Under the pieces are notes generated by a model, which was given only the letters and a program-made list of their open reading frames with translations, searched no databases and was not told where the DNA came from. 64,000 bases of DNA from Eledone cirrhosa (taxonomy: Eukaryota), in NCBI GenBank assembly GCA_964016885.1, contig OZ024742.1, positions 34,410,001 through 34,474,000 on the forward strand. Direction: 5' to 3'. The position numbers and the translations under genes were made by a program. This document shows, piece after piece, positions 11,758 to 25,799 of the stretch (the stretch's first letter is position 1; every line of letters begins with the position of its first letter).

Positions 11758-12679
11758 TTTTCATGAAATAGTCTTCAAGACTATACAGAGCATTTGATGT
11801 TTTTCCAAATTGAAGGATAAGTATTTTAGACTTTATTTTATCATGAGTTAAGGCTCTATCGATTTTTCCCTGGATTTCACTAAATTCTGTGGATGAATTT
11901 ATATCCTGATTCTCTTTTGAGATGAGTTTGAATTATTTTTCCTACATCTTACGTTAAGTATTTTTCCCATCTTGACAACATAGTCGCATATATGTTATGG
12001 AATACTGTTAGCTTATCGCTAAAACAATTTCTATACCTTTCATTTATATATTTATACACGGATATTTTCCCTAGAGTGCTTAAATTATCTGTGACTAATC
12101 CCGATTTTTTAAATAAAAACTGCGATAATATTGCTGTTTGCTGAACTCCTTTTGTAGATTTTTTTTCGGAATGTATTTGACTGTTATTTCTTGTAAACAA
12201 ACATTCATTTTCATCCTGACGTCACTAGCCCTGTTTTTCCTCATGTGCGTTTTTCATAATCACGCATGATGGTGAACTAGCCAGTTTTAGAATTCCCTTT
12301 TTGGCTTATAATTCTGTGAGAGCCCTGGTTATCGAGTTGAGCTCTGTTGATGATGAATGATAAACCATGACCATCTCCACTGAAAGTTTTCATGAAATAG
12401 TCTTCAAGACTATACAGAGCATTTGATGTTTTTCCAAATTGAAGGATAAGTATTTTAGACTTTATTTTATCATGAGTTAAGGCTCTATCGATTTTTCCCT
12501 GGATTTCACTAAATTCTGTGGATGAATTTATATCCTGATTCTCTTTTGAGATGAGTTTGAATTATTTTTCCTACATCTTACGTTAACTATTTTTCCCATC
12601 TTGACGACATAGTCGCATATCTGTTATGGAATACTGTTAGCTTATCGTTAAAACAATTTCTATACCTTTCATTTATATA
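11758..12679. repeat. Partial tandem duplication (about 290-bp direct repeat, 629-bp period)
   Basis: 11758-12050 recurs at 12387-12679 with few substitutions. Confidence 0.9.
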
Positions 12680-12698
12680 TATATATATATATATATAT

Positions 12699-13551
12699 GT
12701 AGGAGGTGAGTTTTATTGTAGTACAATAAAGCAATGCAGATATCGGATAAGAAGCACTCTACAGTTTGTAGGACTGGAGTATACATAATATATAAGAACA
12801 AAAGATGGTTAAAGGAGTTCCATGTATTTTATTATGCGCATTTCAAAAACACCCATATTTATCACTTCCTTTTCCTCTCCTCTAATATCTAACCCCTAAT
12901 CTGTACCTTTTCTCACTCTTGTCTAACATAGAATCAATTATTACATAATACAACACATTCAAAATTCATATCACCTTATAAAAATCCTTCGTAAACATAT
13001 ACATTTTTTTTTTTTTTGACGTTAGAATATTCATCCGCAATTCATTATTCTCTTCTCTCTATCATCAAACTCATTATTCTCAATACATATTAACTCCCTC
13101 TCCTTCTTCGCACATATTTTTCCCTTCGTTAATTTTCAAATTCTTTTAATTTATACATTATCTTCCAACGGTTTTCAATCTCTCTATGTAAAACAATATA
13201 TCTTTCTCAGTTATAAAAACTATCTCTCTCTCTCTATCACCCATCTCTCCTCCTATCTCATCCTTCCTCATTATATTCCTCCCTCTCCACCTTCACTCTC
13301 ATCTCCTCCTCTTTTTTTCATCCTCCCCCCCCCCCCCTCTAAATAAAATATTTTTCCCAATATCACACATCAATCTAAAACTACTTCTCATATGTTGATT
13401 TAAAACTGCACTATCCACAAGTGTTTTTTAGCCTTCATATCATGTCCTCCTGTTTTATCTGATGAAAACACAAATATTATTGCATAATGATGTTTGTTTT
13501 TGAAATGCGCATAATAAAATACATGGAACTCCTTTAACCATCTTTTGTTCT

Positions 13552-13560
<9 letters not shown>
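12699..13560 (+). mobile_element. Non-coding copy of the Naiad-like PLE: inverted terminal repeat (12699-12851), 3' UTR, hammerhead repeat
   Basis: 12786-12851 is the reverse complement of 13495-13560. The internal part matches 4640-5420 in reverse, with deletions. Confidence 0.8.
13453..13519 (+). ncRNA. Minimal type I hammerhead ribozyme
   Basis: TTTTAT-CTGATGA-long stem II-GAAA-TGCGCA-TA-ATAAAA. Confidence 0.8.
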
Positions 13561-13615
<55 letters not shown>

Positions 13616-13668
13616 GGAAAAAATGAAACGAAATTTCATTTCCCACTCTTAATACGGCTGTTACTTAA

Positions 13669-14065
13669 ATATAAGTATGTACACGTACATACTTATATGT
13701 ATACAGACGTACAATAGTATGTATACATATATACATACATGCACACATATATATATGTACGTATGGATTCACCGAACATTTATTATAATGCTCGGTGTGT
13801 TTGTAAATAAACATCCCGTATTAAGCTGTAGTGTCTAGCTTGAAACTAGTACAGCGTTCCTTTGTCAGTGTTGAACAAACGAGCAACGATGGTTACTAGA
13901 CATTACGGCTTAATACGGGATGTTTGTTTACAAACACACCGAGCATTATAATAAATGTTCGGTGAATCCATACGTACATATATATATGTGTGCATGTATG
14001 TATATATATATACATACTACTGTACGTCTGTATACATATATGTATGTACGTGTACATACTTATAT
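13669..14065. repeat. About 170-bp inverted repeat with 57-bp spacer
   Basis: 13669-13838 pairs with 13896-14065 with a few mismatches. Confidence 0.85.
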
Positions 14066-14104
14066 ATATATATAGAGAGAGGGAGAGAGAGAGAGAGTGA
14101 GAGA

Positions 14105-14151
<47 letters not shown>

Positions 14152-14228
14152 GTGTGTGTGTATGTGTTTGTTGGTGTATGTGTTTGTTGGGTGAGTGTGT
14201 GTGTTTGTTGGTGTATTATTATTATTAT

Positions 14229-15410
14229 CATTGGCTTTGACAGAATGTTCCTGCTGTTTTTCAAAAGGAGATTTTCTGGAAATGTTGAATATTGCGCATG
14301 CGCACATACATAAGAAGGGACGTTGGAATGCACTAAGTGAATTTCTCAGGTTGTGTTACGCCGTCAAATGGGAAGTAATATGAATTTATCACAATCGTTT
14401 ATTTATGGCTGTTTACTTTATGTCTTCAAATCCGGCCTACGACTAGCAACATCGAGTCGTCGCATTACCAATGCAAGAACCATATAAGAAATCAGTGCCA
14501 GGGACTGGTTCCGGTGGTTACAGCCTTGGAGGTCGATGTCGCGGAGGACATCCATTCAGCGTCAACGACGAGCAATTGAATGAGCTGATGAAAGCCGTTC
14601 CACTCCAGGTATCACGTCAAATTCTCCAAAGTTCTTGGGGCATCTAAATCAACCATCCTCAATCATTTGTATGCAATACAGAAGTTGTCCGACCTGGACA
14701 AATTGGTGTCCCATAATCTGACCAATCATAATCATGAATGTCGGCTGGCAGCTGCAACTTCTCTGCTCTTTTACCATCGCACAACCAAATCTTAATGTTA
14801 CATTTTCACTAGTGATGTAAAGCGGTGTATCTATATTAATGTCAAACAAGCGACTGTGGTTCGATAAAGAGTCTGCACCCACCGGCAACAACTAAAGAGT
14901 GAATCCCACCGTCGCAATGCATTATTGAGCGTCTGGTGGTATTGGAAAGGTGTCATCGACTATGACACCGAATACCAACAGAATCTTTGACGTCTATTGC
15001 CAACAACCTCATCAATTAGCTGTGAAAATCACACAAATGTGGCCACACCATGGTCCTGTTCGATTCCTTTATGATAACGTTCGGCTGGATTCATGGAGAA
15101 TGACCCGTAAGAAGCTACTGGAGCTAGGTTAGGAAGTTCTGCCGTCATCTCACGACATCGCACCTACAGATTATCACCGTTTTCTTGCAATAAAATCAAA
15201 GACCTTCGCCAATGGAGACCAGCTACGTCAGTGGCTGACAGAATTCTTTGCATCGAAGCCAGATGAATTTTACAGTGTTAGAATTTCATGTACCTTCCAA
15301 TACAATGGTAGACGATAGTCGCAAATGATGGTGATTATAACATTTTCTAATATTAATAAATATTCAATTAAAATTTGAAAAATGGCGAAATATATCTGTT
15401 CAAACAAATA
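14229..15410 (+). mobile_element. Decayed mariner (Tc1/mariner) DNA transposon
   Basis: Broken frames give W-x-PHNL, IFTSDVKRCIY, LLSVWWYWKGV, FLYDNVR, HDIAPTDYH (mariner WVPHEL / DD34D / YSPDLAPSDY motifs). Diverged TIRs at about 14229-14265 and 15375-15410. Confidence 0.82.
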
Positions 15411-15844
15411 GTATATTTCAATGTTGTTAAAGGATAATTCGGACCCTACATGGTGGATTCTATCACGAATGAAGCGAAGAATTCTTCGTTCATCTGAATA
15501 TTCGAATAAAATTATATTTTGCTGATCAACCACAATCAACCACTACACCGAAGTGTAGTGGTTTAAACTTGGTTTGTTTTGTTTTTCCTCAAAGAAGGTC
15601 CAATGTATATATATATATATATATATTGCGTTGCTATCCTTCTATGTTTGTTTACTTGTCTCGATCGCTTTACGCGATTTACTTGTCCCAATAGTTTTAT
15701 TTAGCTATTGCTCGCACAAACTGGAGGTATATGATTTTTAAAGCGATGAAATACCAATGAAGGTTGGAAAATCACTGATGAAGGACTATCTTTATCATAT
15801 GTAACCCATGTGCAACCACGCAGTATTCATTTTTCTCATGTTTT

Positions 15845-15881
<37 letters not shown>

Positions 15882-16018
15882 TTGTATGTATGTGTGTGTG
15901 TGTGGATTTTGATGTATCGGCTTGATATGTTTCAATTCTTAGTGTAACTGCGAACTACTTAATCATCGACTGTACCCTCCAACTCCCTCTCCCTATATAT
16001 ATATACATGCATATACAT

Positions 16019-16206
<188 letters not shown>

Positions 16207-16377
16207 AAAATTAAATTAAAATTAAAAGTGTCATGTCAGAGAGACATGCGCCATATCCACTGTAGAATATGCTCCAAGATTCCAATGAATGGATCCCAGC
16301 ATTTTATATATATATATATATATATATACACATCCACAAATATATATGTGTGTATATATATATTCTCCAATTTCCTT

Positions 16378-16858
16378 TCTTTTCCATGGCGAAAGAGATA
16401 GTATGGTGGACGCGTTTGAAAGGGCTGAAGACGAGCACTTACATCTTCGGTGATGCCCTGATTAACTTTTTCAAATTTCATTTGAAAAGGAAAATCAGGG
16501 TAGAGAGGGAAGTGCTCTCTTTCCAGCATTTTATTGAAAGATGGGTGAGAGAGGCACGCATAGCCCGAGTATGCGCATGTAAATTGAAGGTGGAAAACTG
16601 GGAGAGGGCACCTGCCCTGGTGGTCAGGGTCACCGTGGCTTTTTTAATGGGCTTTCTCCACGAATGACTCTCGGAAGACTTCCCCCTATTGGGGAATTTT
16701 TCATTGTTTCTTTTTTGTTACATCCTCTGTTCTTGTTTTTTACACTCAGAAATGCCCATTTGTACCGTCCTGTATTGTCCTGTACTGTCCTTAATGGCTA
16801 CTTTATGTAAACCCTTGTGGTTAATAAAGAAAGTATTATTATTATTATTATTATTATT
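16378..16858 (+). mobile_element. 3' fragment of the Tx1-like LINE with AATAAA and (TAT)n tail
   Basis: Highly similar to about 22304-22800 ([25 protein letters not shown] plus 3' UTR). Confidence 0.92.
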
Positions 16859-17234
16859 GGCGACCTAAGTAGTAAATCGTATCATCGTGAGCTTCGCAAA
16901 GGTTTGTTATTTCCGTTTGTTAAAAATTGCCATTTATGGAAAATTTTATTGTTAACTGTTTATAAGCGCACATACATTGTTTTCCGAAAAGGACACCCAA
17001 AAAGATTGGGGCCTTGTGCCCCAAATTTAAACTTTTATGATTATCAAAAATTTCTTTGAAAAAAAATGGCTAATTCACCTCTGCACCAAGCAGCTGAGAG
17101 CCTTTCCTCACAAACTAACACCTCACACCGACACTACCATTGTAAATATTACTACGTTTGCCAACACAAAAAATTTAAGCAGTAGCAATATTTTAAATTT
17201 GTCTCAGGCAGACATTCATTTCCCGCCATTACCA

Positions 17235-19067
17235 ATGACTGCAGGTGTTAAAGCCGCCACCACCACCACCACCACCGCGACAACCACCACCCCCACAACC
17301 ACCGCGACAACAGAAACAAAAGGAAAAAATAAATCAACTCGTGATGTCGAAATGTTTTCAACCAAAATGGACTCTTCCACACCGAACACCACTGACGTCA
17401 CCACCACCACAACTAAAACTAAAATTAATAATAACAAAAATAACGATAACAACAACAGCAACAATGACATTATAAAAACCACCCTGAGTTTTGCCAGAGT
17501 AGCAAAACAGTGCGAAACATTTACGGTAACTCAGGAGGAATTAGAAAATGCCAAAAAATGATAAAGAAAGATGGGTACAGGGTCAGCCCCCCCCCCCCCC
17601 CCACATACACCTAATAAAATGGAGCATCGGCGCCTATGCACCGTGTCGTATCGAACAATAAATGTAAAATCGTGCCGAGTGGAACGGGCATCCGAGTCCC
17701 AAATCCAAAAAGCTTTGGGACATGTGTGGGCAAGAAAAACCCACATCAGACGTGGGCAGAAGTATGGAACCGTGGACGTGTTCTTTAAAACACCAGAGGA
17801 GGCTAGAGAACACTCCATGGCCCCATTAAGAAGTGACGACTTCACACTCGTCCCAAGCTATTGTGGCCAGAGACTCGTAAAGATCAGGGTGACCCACGTT
17901 CCACCGGTCATCGAAATTCCCTGGCTAATCGCGGCCGTCCTCGCCGGCATCGCAGCCAACACAAAGATAATAGCAATAGCAAAAGAAAAGCAGAAGAACT
18001 GGTACGGATCTGGGATGGAGCTCCTGATCCAAGCGGACCAAAAAAGCATTGAGGAGATCCCAGAGGTAATAGACCTCACTGACGGCAGCCACCTCACCGT
18101 GATTGTCGAGGGCAGAAGGCCTAGGTGTGACGTATGTCGTGAAGGAACCCACCTAAGGGCTTTTTGCCCTCAGGCTAAAAGGTTGAGGCCACCTCTCCTA
18201 CACACCCCAGTGACTCAACCATCAACACCACCAGTAGCAGATATGGCAGCAACAACTGTAGCAGCAACAACAGAAGCAACTATAACAGCAACAACCCCAG
18301 CAACAGTAGCAAAACCAACACCACCACCACCAACAAAACCAACACCACCACCACCCAACGCTTCAGAACTAGCACCAGCGCCTACACCATCCACCACGTC
18401 ACAACCAAAACTAACGCCTGTGGAGGATTTTCCACTCCCCGGCCTATCACAACTGGAGACAGATTGTGACGACGAGGAGTGGGAAACGGTATCAGGAAAA
18501 AAGAAAAAAAGAAACCAAAAAAGAAAAAATTCTCTTCCTTCCCCCTCCAAAAACAAAATACAGAAGGAAACAAATAAATTAACAAACAAAAAAGTTAGGA
18601 CAGATATGCCACCATCCACACCAGCATCACCAACCCCATCACCCCAAACACCAACACCATCACCATCATTAACCCCAACACCACCATCACCTACACCACA
18701 AAAGTCACCAAAATGCGAAACAGAAACAAACCAACAACAAACGCAAACAAAACAAAACAACTAAAACGATACACACTACACAGCATTAAATTTGAACAAC
18801 AAGCAATTATTACGCTACATCCAACACAACACCAGCATCACAGAAAAAGATTACACAACAACCCCAAAATTCACACCACCTCCACACATACAAATCACTC
18901 GCGTCACACAGAAAACGTACATGACACTAAAACAAAAATTCCCCAAAGACATCGGAGACTTCCGACAAGCACTCTCCAGGAGGATTTATAAGAAGATCCT
19001 TCCTGAGGAGGCCACAAGCAGTGAAAAGGATGGAAAAACCGTCCTTCCTCTACGAGAAGTAAGGTAG
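17235..19067 (+). pseudogene. Tx1-like ORF1 (RNA-binding, CCHC knuckle, Pro/Thr-rich), interrupted by stops and frameshifts
   Basis: SFARVAK, YGTVDVFF, CDVCREGTHLRAFC, EEWETVSGKKKK; pieces 17037-17561, 17571-18764 and 18792-19067. Confidence 0.75.
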
Positions 19068-19101
19068 GTGGTCTTTCCCATCTTTTCCACTCCATTTCAA
19101 C

Positions 19102-22100
19102 ATGACCTCACTCAGAATAGGCAGCATAAATGCGCGTGGTTTGGGGTCGTCATGGAAGCAGGGCCACCTGCTCAACGACCTCAGGTCACTAAACATAGAT
19201 GTAGTGGCCATCAGCGAGACCAGAATCTCCGAAGCACGGGCCTTCACACCGATCTTCGGCGGCTACGATGTGTACGCATCTCCCGGCCCTCCGGGATCGG
19301 GGGGGAGGAGTTGCTGTGCTTTTTCGGAGAGGTTTGGATCTTGCCATACGGGCCATCTTCCTGGACCCAGAAGGTAAGTTGGTGTTGCTGGACGTGACCA
19401 GCGGAGAGGGCAAGCTTTCAGGTTTGTGGCCGTCTATGCCGCGACAGGAGCAGGGCAGCGTTATTTCTTCCGGCGTCTGGAGACCTTTCTTGGAACGTCC
19501 CGCTCTTTAGTGTTAGTGGGCGACTGGAACGGAATCTTAGATGCACGCTGGGACTGTGTGGGATTAGCGGATAGGGGAGGAGGTGCAAGAGTCTCACCAA
19601 CATGCTCAGGCGTTTTGAACTGTCTCACAGGTACCGATTGAATTTCCCGAATGTACCAATGATGACTTGGACAAATCGCATAGGGTCATCCTGATCATAT
19701 CTAGATAGAGTATTTTGTAGGGAAATAGATAGGTCTAGCATAGGCTGTCCACAATTCAAGATAGTCAGCTACACGGACCACAAATTCGTGATCTGTGTGC
19801 TTGACTTAGATAGGCTTCATAGACGAGGACCCGGCTACTGGAAGTTAAACGCGTCCTTACCAGCGAGCAAGCCTACAGGGACCGGATTAGCGAACTAGTT
19901 AAGCGGGCGTTGACGGGGCCATCGTCAACAACAAGTGGTGGTTTGCTCTGAAAAGAGCAATTAGAATAGAGTCCATTAGGTTTAGTAAGGCTTTAGCAAT
20001 AGAGAAAAATAGAGCAGAGGGAGAATTAGTTAGAAAATTAGACGAGGCGCTTTGCAAAGGCATCGCGACCGACGTACTTGCGGCGAAATTGGCCCTTGAC
20101 CAATTCTTCAATGCAAAGCACGAAGGCTGCGTTGTCAGAGCTAGGGTGCGTGCTCTCAGACACGAGGGGACGAAAGCCGTTCATGGGCCCGAGTGGCGGA
20201 GGCGCGTCGTGGTAACAGAGTCACGATCCGGTCTTTGGTGGACCACGACGGGCGCATGCTACTCGATCCCGGGCAAATGTGTGAATCTTTTCAGCGACAC
20301 TTCGCCCAACTGTTCGGGGGCAGCGGAGGGCCGGATCGAGGGATGGACTTTAGTGTCTACCTCGACGGACTGCGCGGCTCTCGGCCACTGAGGCGGAGTG
20401 TTGCGAAAAGCCGATAACAGCCGCTGAAGTACGGGAGGCAATGACTGGCTGCACAAGGGGTAAATCGCCTGATTTGGATGGTCTGCCCTATGAACTTTAC
20501 GTACAAATGCCAGACTTGTTCGGAGGCCTCTTGGAGGACGTCTACTGCAATTGGCAACAGAACGGGAGAATTCCCAGCTCTGTGAGCCGAGGAGCGGTGG
20601 CGCTGCTGAGAAAGGATCCGAACAAGGGGGATAACATAGATAATTTTAGGCCCATAACACTGCTAAACACAGAGTTCAAGATTTTGCCCAAGGTGCTAGC
20701 AAAGAGGTTGGCGTTTGTCGTTGGTGGTCTGGTGGGAGAGACGCAGACATGCGCCATTCCCGACAGATCCAACCACGACAACCTCCACCTCATGCGATAC
20801 ATCGTAGAGAGAGTAGCTAGGGAACCTGGCACTGGTGGGTCTTTGATAAATTTAGATCAGTCGAAAGCCTTCGATAGGGTCGACCATCGTTACCTAGCGG
20901 CAGTCCTGAGGGCGGCTGGCTTTGGGCCCGTCTTCAGAGGCTGGATCGCTGCCATGCACAGCGACATCTGCTCTGTGGTGAGAGTGAACGGTCACCTTTC
21001 GGAACTGTTCAACATCATGCGCTCGGTCCGCCAAGGATGTCCCCTCTCGTCCCTCTTGTACGTATTGACTCTCGAGCCATTACTGCACAAACTGGAGACG
21101 TTGAGGGGGGGGGGGTCCCGCGCGAACTAGGATACGGAAGATCCGTGTCAGCATATGCGGACGATGTCACCGTAGTGGTGTCGAACGCCAAACACATCGA
21201 GGCGATCGGCACTACATTAAGAGAATACGAAGCGGTGACAGGAGCAATGATAAACCAGGAAAAGTCAGTGGGCCTGCAGCTCGGCACCTGGAGAGGCAGG
21301 TCCATGCCGTCCAACAGCGTCGTCGGGCGCTGGACGGACGGACCGGTTAAATTGCTAGGGGTCTGGTTCGGTCCGGACCTCCAGACGGACAAAAACTGGG
21401 ACGAGGTGACGAGCAGGGTGGCTTCTCTCACCCAGAAATGGGCCGAGAGGAAGCTATCCCTGAAAGGTCGAGCGGAGGTGGCTAACGCGTACATCGCGTC
21501 CGTCATCTACTACCGCCTGATCGTCGTACCTTATCCTAAGCCCCGCTTGACTGCGCTGGAGCGTTTGCTCTTTCGCTTTTTGTGGAAGGGACGCGCTCCG
21601 GTGGTCAGGCGGTCCATCTGCTGTCAACACCCACTGCGTGGAGGGCTGGGCATGCCGTGGCTGATGATGCGCAGACACGCGCTCATGCTACGACATCTCC
21701 ACCTCTTCCTCGACGGTGATCAGGTGTGGTCGCCGTTTGCTAGACACGTCTTTCCCCAGCTCGTCTCCTTGACGGAGCTGTAGTCCTGGGTCAAGCGAAG
21801 ACCGAGAGGGAGCGCTTGGAGACTGGAATGTTTTCAGGCGCTCACAGCCCTCGACCAATCGGGCAATGTGATCGGTGGAAACTCCACCTTGGCGTTCTAT
21901 AGAGGATTAGTGGAGGGGAAGAGCGACGACGTACTTGGAGAAACTCTAGGCGTCGACGAAAATCAACTAGCCAGTCTCTTCGGAAGGACTTTCGGGCCGG
22001 GGCCTATGGACAACTTCCTGAAATCCCTGGCCTGGCAGTGCTACCGGGGAGCTTTGCCAGTTCGGGATAAACTCCACAGGCATGGAGGTGCCGTCAGCTG

Positions 22101-22521
22101 GGCATGTCCGAGATGCGCGCAGGGCGACGAAACCGTCCTGCACGCACTCGTCCAGTGTCCGAGCATTGCTGACTTGTGGGTTTATGTCGAACACCTGCTG
22201 TCACGTGTAGGACGGATCCAGCTATCAGCTGAGTCCATCGTGAGGATTGCCCCGCCCTCTTCCTTTAGCCGGGAAGGGCAGGCAGTTTTTATCTGTCTGG
22301 TGGCCATGGCGAAAGAGATAGTATGGTGGACACGTTTGAAAGAGCTTAAGACGAGCACTTACCTCTTCGGTGATACCCTGATTAACTTTTTCAAATTTCA
22401 TTTGAAAAGGAAACTCAGGGTAGAGAGGGAAGTGCTCTCTTCCCAGCATTTTGTTGAAAGATGGGTGAGAGAAGCAAGTATGGCCCGAGTGAATGGGCCT
22501 ACTCTGAGTATGTGTCTGTAA
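19102..22521 (+). pseudogene. Tx1-like ORF2: APE endonuclease, reverse transcriptase and C-terminal zinc knuckle, multiple frameshifts
   Basis: IGSINARGL, VVAISET, VGDWN, FRPITLLNTEFKI, LDQSKAFDRVDH, VRQGCPLS, AYADDV, GGLGMP, CPRCAQGDETVLHALVQC. Confidence 0.92.
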
Positions 22522-22764
22522 ATTAAAGGTGGAAAACTGGGAGAGGGCACTTGCCCTGGTGGTCAGGGTCACTGTGGTCTTTTAATGGGCTTTCTCCACA
22601 AATGTCCCTCGGAAGTCTCCCCCCTATTGGGGAATCTTTCTTTGTTATTTTATTGCATCCTCTGTTTTTTTTACACGCAGAAATGCCCATTTGTACCGTC
22701 CTGTATTGTCCTGTACTGTCCTTAATGTCTACTTTATGCAAACCCTTGTGGTTAATAAAGAAAA

Positions 22765-22894
<130 letters not shown>

Positions 22895-24004
22895 GTTGCC
22901 TGCGTATGTGTGTATATGTGGATGTATACAAACAATAAAACCAAAATCTAGCGTCTGCTATGTGTATTTCTTGCCTGCTTCCATTAATAATTTCAATAAT
23001 TGTCTTTAATGGAGCAGAGTTTATGTAGTAAAGTAAAAGTGAAAGTGAAAGTAACGTAAAAGTGAAAGTACATTGATGCAGTCAATGTGTGGGGGTGATT
23101 GTGTGTTGTGGTAGCGGTAATAGTAGTGAAAAGGCAAGGAGAATGGGGGAAATATCAGTATATTGACTCGTGTAGAATAAACTAAATGTCGGTTTATTAT
23201 AGGAAATTACATAACCGTCATTGTAGTCTATATTCTTACCTAAGTATTGATATTGATGCAGAGGACAGCAACAAAAAATGATTTCTATAGTAACTTTAAT
23301 GTGAATTTTATTTTTACGATTTTCTTGTGAAAACCTGTTATTTTTTTATTTTTTCTATTTACTTTTCTTCGTCTTACAACAGAGAGATTGCTGCAAAGAA
23401 CGCTGATTTTGCATTGATCTTTTTTTTCTCTTTCTTCTGTGGATCGGTTATAATAATGGCTTCGTTTGATGATTACAAACATGAGTTTACACACCCTTTG
23501 TGTTTTCAATAAATACATTGAAAACCACAATTTATGGAATACACGGCTTTCCACAAGATTCATTATTACTAGATTACCTACAGTTAAGTAGAATTTGAAC
23601 TCAGATTGTAAAGTGATATAGTAGATACTACAAACAATTTTCATAGTCAATCGAACAACTGATAAACGCGATTTCGGCTTTTGCGCATTCACAGTATTCG
23701 AGGCGCACATATCAAAACTGCTGCGCACAAGATGTTTTAGAGAATATAGTGACGAAAACTTTAAATAAAACGCATACTTATATACATTTATGTATACATA
23801 CATACCTTAGATTATCCCTAGTACTTAAAACACATTTCCAATCTTGATACATACATACATACCTACATAATACATACATGCATACATACATGCATACATA
23901 CATGCATGCATACATATACACATACACACATACATTGTTGCATACATGCATACGTATTTAAACAAACACAAACACCGACATAAATAATTGTTTCTACTAT
24001 TTCG

Positions 24005-24930
24005 CACAAGGCCAGCAATTACCCCAGTGCATTACTGGTACTTTATTTTATCGACCCCGTAAATGGTTTCTAATTTACCATAAGACCAGCAATCTCAAAG
24101 GAAGTGACTTTCGGTTGAATCGACTCAAGGACATGACTGGTACTTTATTTTAATCGAATACGGAAGGGTGAAAGTCAAAGTTGGCCGTAGTTGGATTTGA
24201 AAAGCAGATTTGAAATAGAGCAGAAAAAAATACTAAGTGGAATTTTTACGAACACGTTAAAGATTTTGCTAATCCATCATTTTGACTGAATCTTACATAA
24301 TTAAAACAACAACGCTCCTCGTGGTCCTCCTCCTAGCCCTAGTCCCCCACCTACTCCTCATTACCGTTGTTGTCGTTATCGTTATAATTATTATAATACT
24401 AGGTAATCACCTACAATAAACAAGAGCAATAAGTAACAACATCTATCATTATTTATAGAGGGTTGGACGTCATGCTTTCCAGCATAGTTACGTCCCTTTA
24501 AGATCTGAGTTCAAATCCCGCCGAGGTTGACTTTGCCTTTCATCCTTACGGGGTCGATGAAATAAAGTACGAGTAATGCACTGGGTAATTGCTGGCCTTG
24601 TTCCTAAAGTAGAAACAATTATTTATAAGACAGCAATAAGCACAGTCAATATAACCTAGCTATATCGTCATCATCGGATGAAATATTCTCTTAAGTGAAA
24701 GAGCATAAAATGCTAGACACACTTTGAATGTGGTAATTATGCTTTAAACTATATTACAATTCCTGCTCTAGAATTATGTGATCGATATTATATATCTGAA
24801 ACCAAAATCAAGCGGCGCATTGGCAGAGTCGTTAGAGCTTCGATTAGTATGCCTTTTGGTAATTTACTCAGACTATTTGCTCAATGAGATCAAATGAACA
24901 CAAGATCAATTTTGACTTTCAATCTTCGAG
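24005..24930. mobile_element. Cluster of tRNA-derived SINE copies (24005-24060 -, 24100-24260 -, 24455-24622 +, 24810-24930 +)
   Basis: Shared core and tail ctggccttgtgccaaaagtagaaacaatt. Confidence 0.75.
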
Positions 24931-25516
24931 TACCGACTCACTATTGCACTCAATTCTTTCGCTATCTTACTTTTGCATTTCTTTCTCTATCTTCCTCTCT
25001 CTATCTTCTTTATACGTATTCACATACGCACACTCTCTTTCCCTGTCTCTCTTTTTCTCTTGAAGTACTCGGTGGTGCTAAGATAAAGGGATCGTTGCTT
25101 TCCGCTGGTTTTAAAATACCCAAGACACATCGTATATGACGATATCATCCCTATGATTCCATCAAAGGTTAATGGCCTATATATGGCAAGATGGGCGGAT
25201 TAAATTAGATACAGCATTAATGGGGTTAATTGGTAATGTGCTTCCAGCCTTAATTTAGATGACTTTGTTTTTACACATTTTTCATATTTACATCAACAAA
25301 ACATGACTTTAGATGAGTTTGAAAATCGTCACCGACGAATGCGAGAAAGTTCTCCAGAAAGTTAAACGGGTTTTTAAAAAAACTTTCCAATTTCAAAATT
25401 AGAAAATTAAATTGTTATAGAATACCAGCTACAAGTGAAGTTACTCTTTTCCTTTTTTCCTTTTCAAACGCATACACATATATTTATGTATGTATACATA
25501 TATATATATATGCATG

Positions 25517-25593
<77 letters not shown>

Positions 25594-25679
25594 GTATATA
25601 TATATATATATATCAAGCGTTAACGATAATATATGCCTTCCATATACTGTACCGATAGTGTTGTTATTTCTGTTTACCC

Positions 25680-25786
<107 letters not shown>

Positions 25787-25799
25787 GCGTATAATAAAT

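Noticed and set aside
15776-15830. CTGATGA hammerhead start (also about 40291)
   Set aside because: No matching stem II plus GAAA and no stem I partner.
23285-23803. 172-aa minus-strand ORF as a gene
   Set aside because: It starts in a microsatellite, has AT-driven composition and no recognisable domain.
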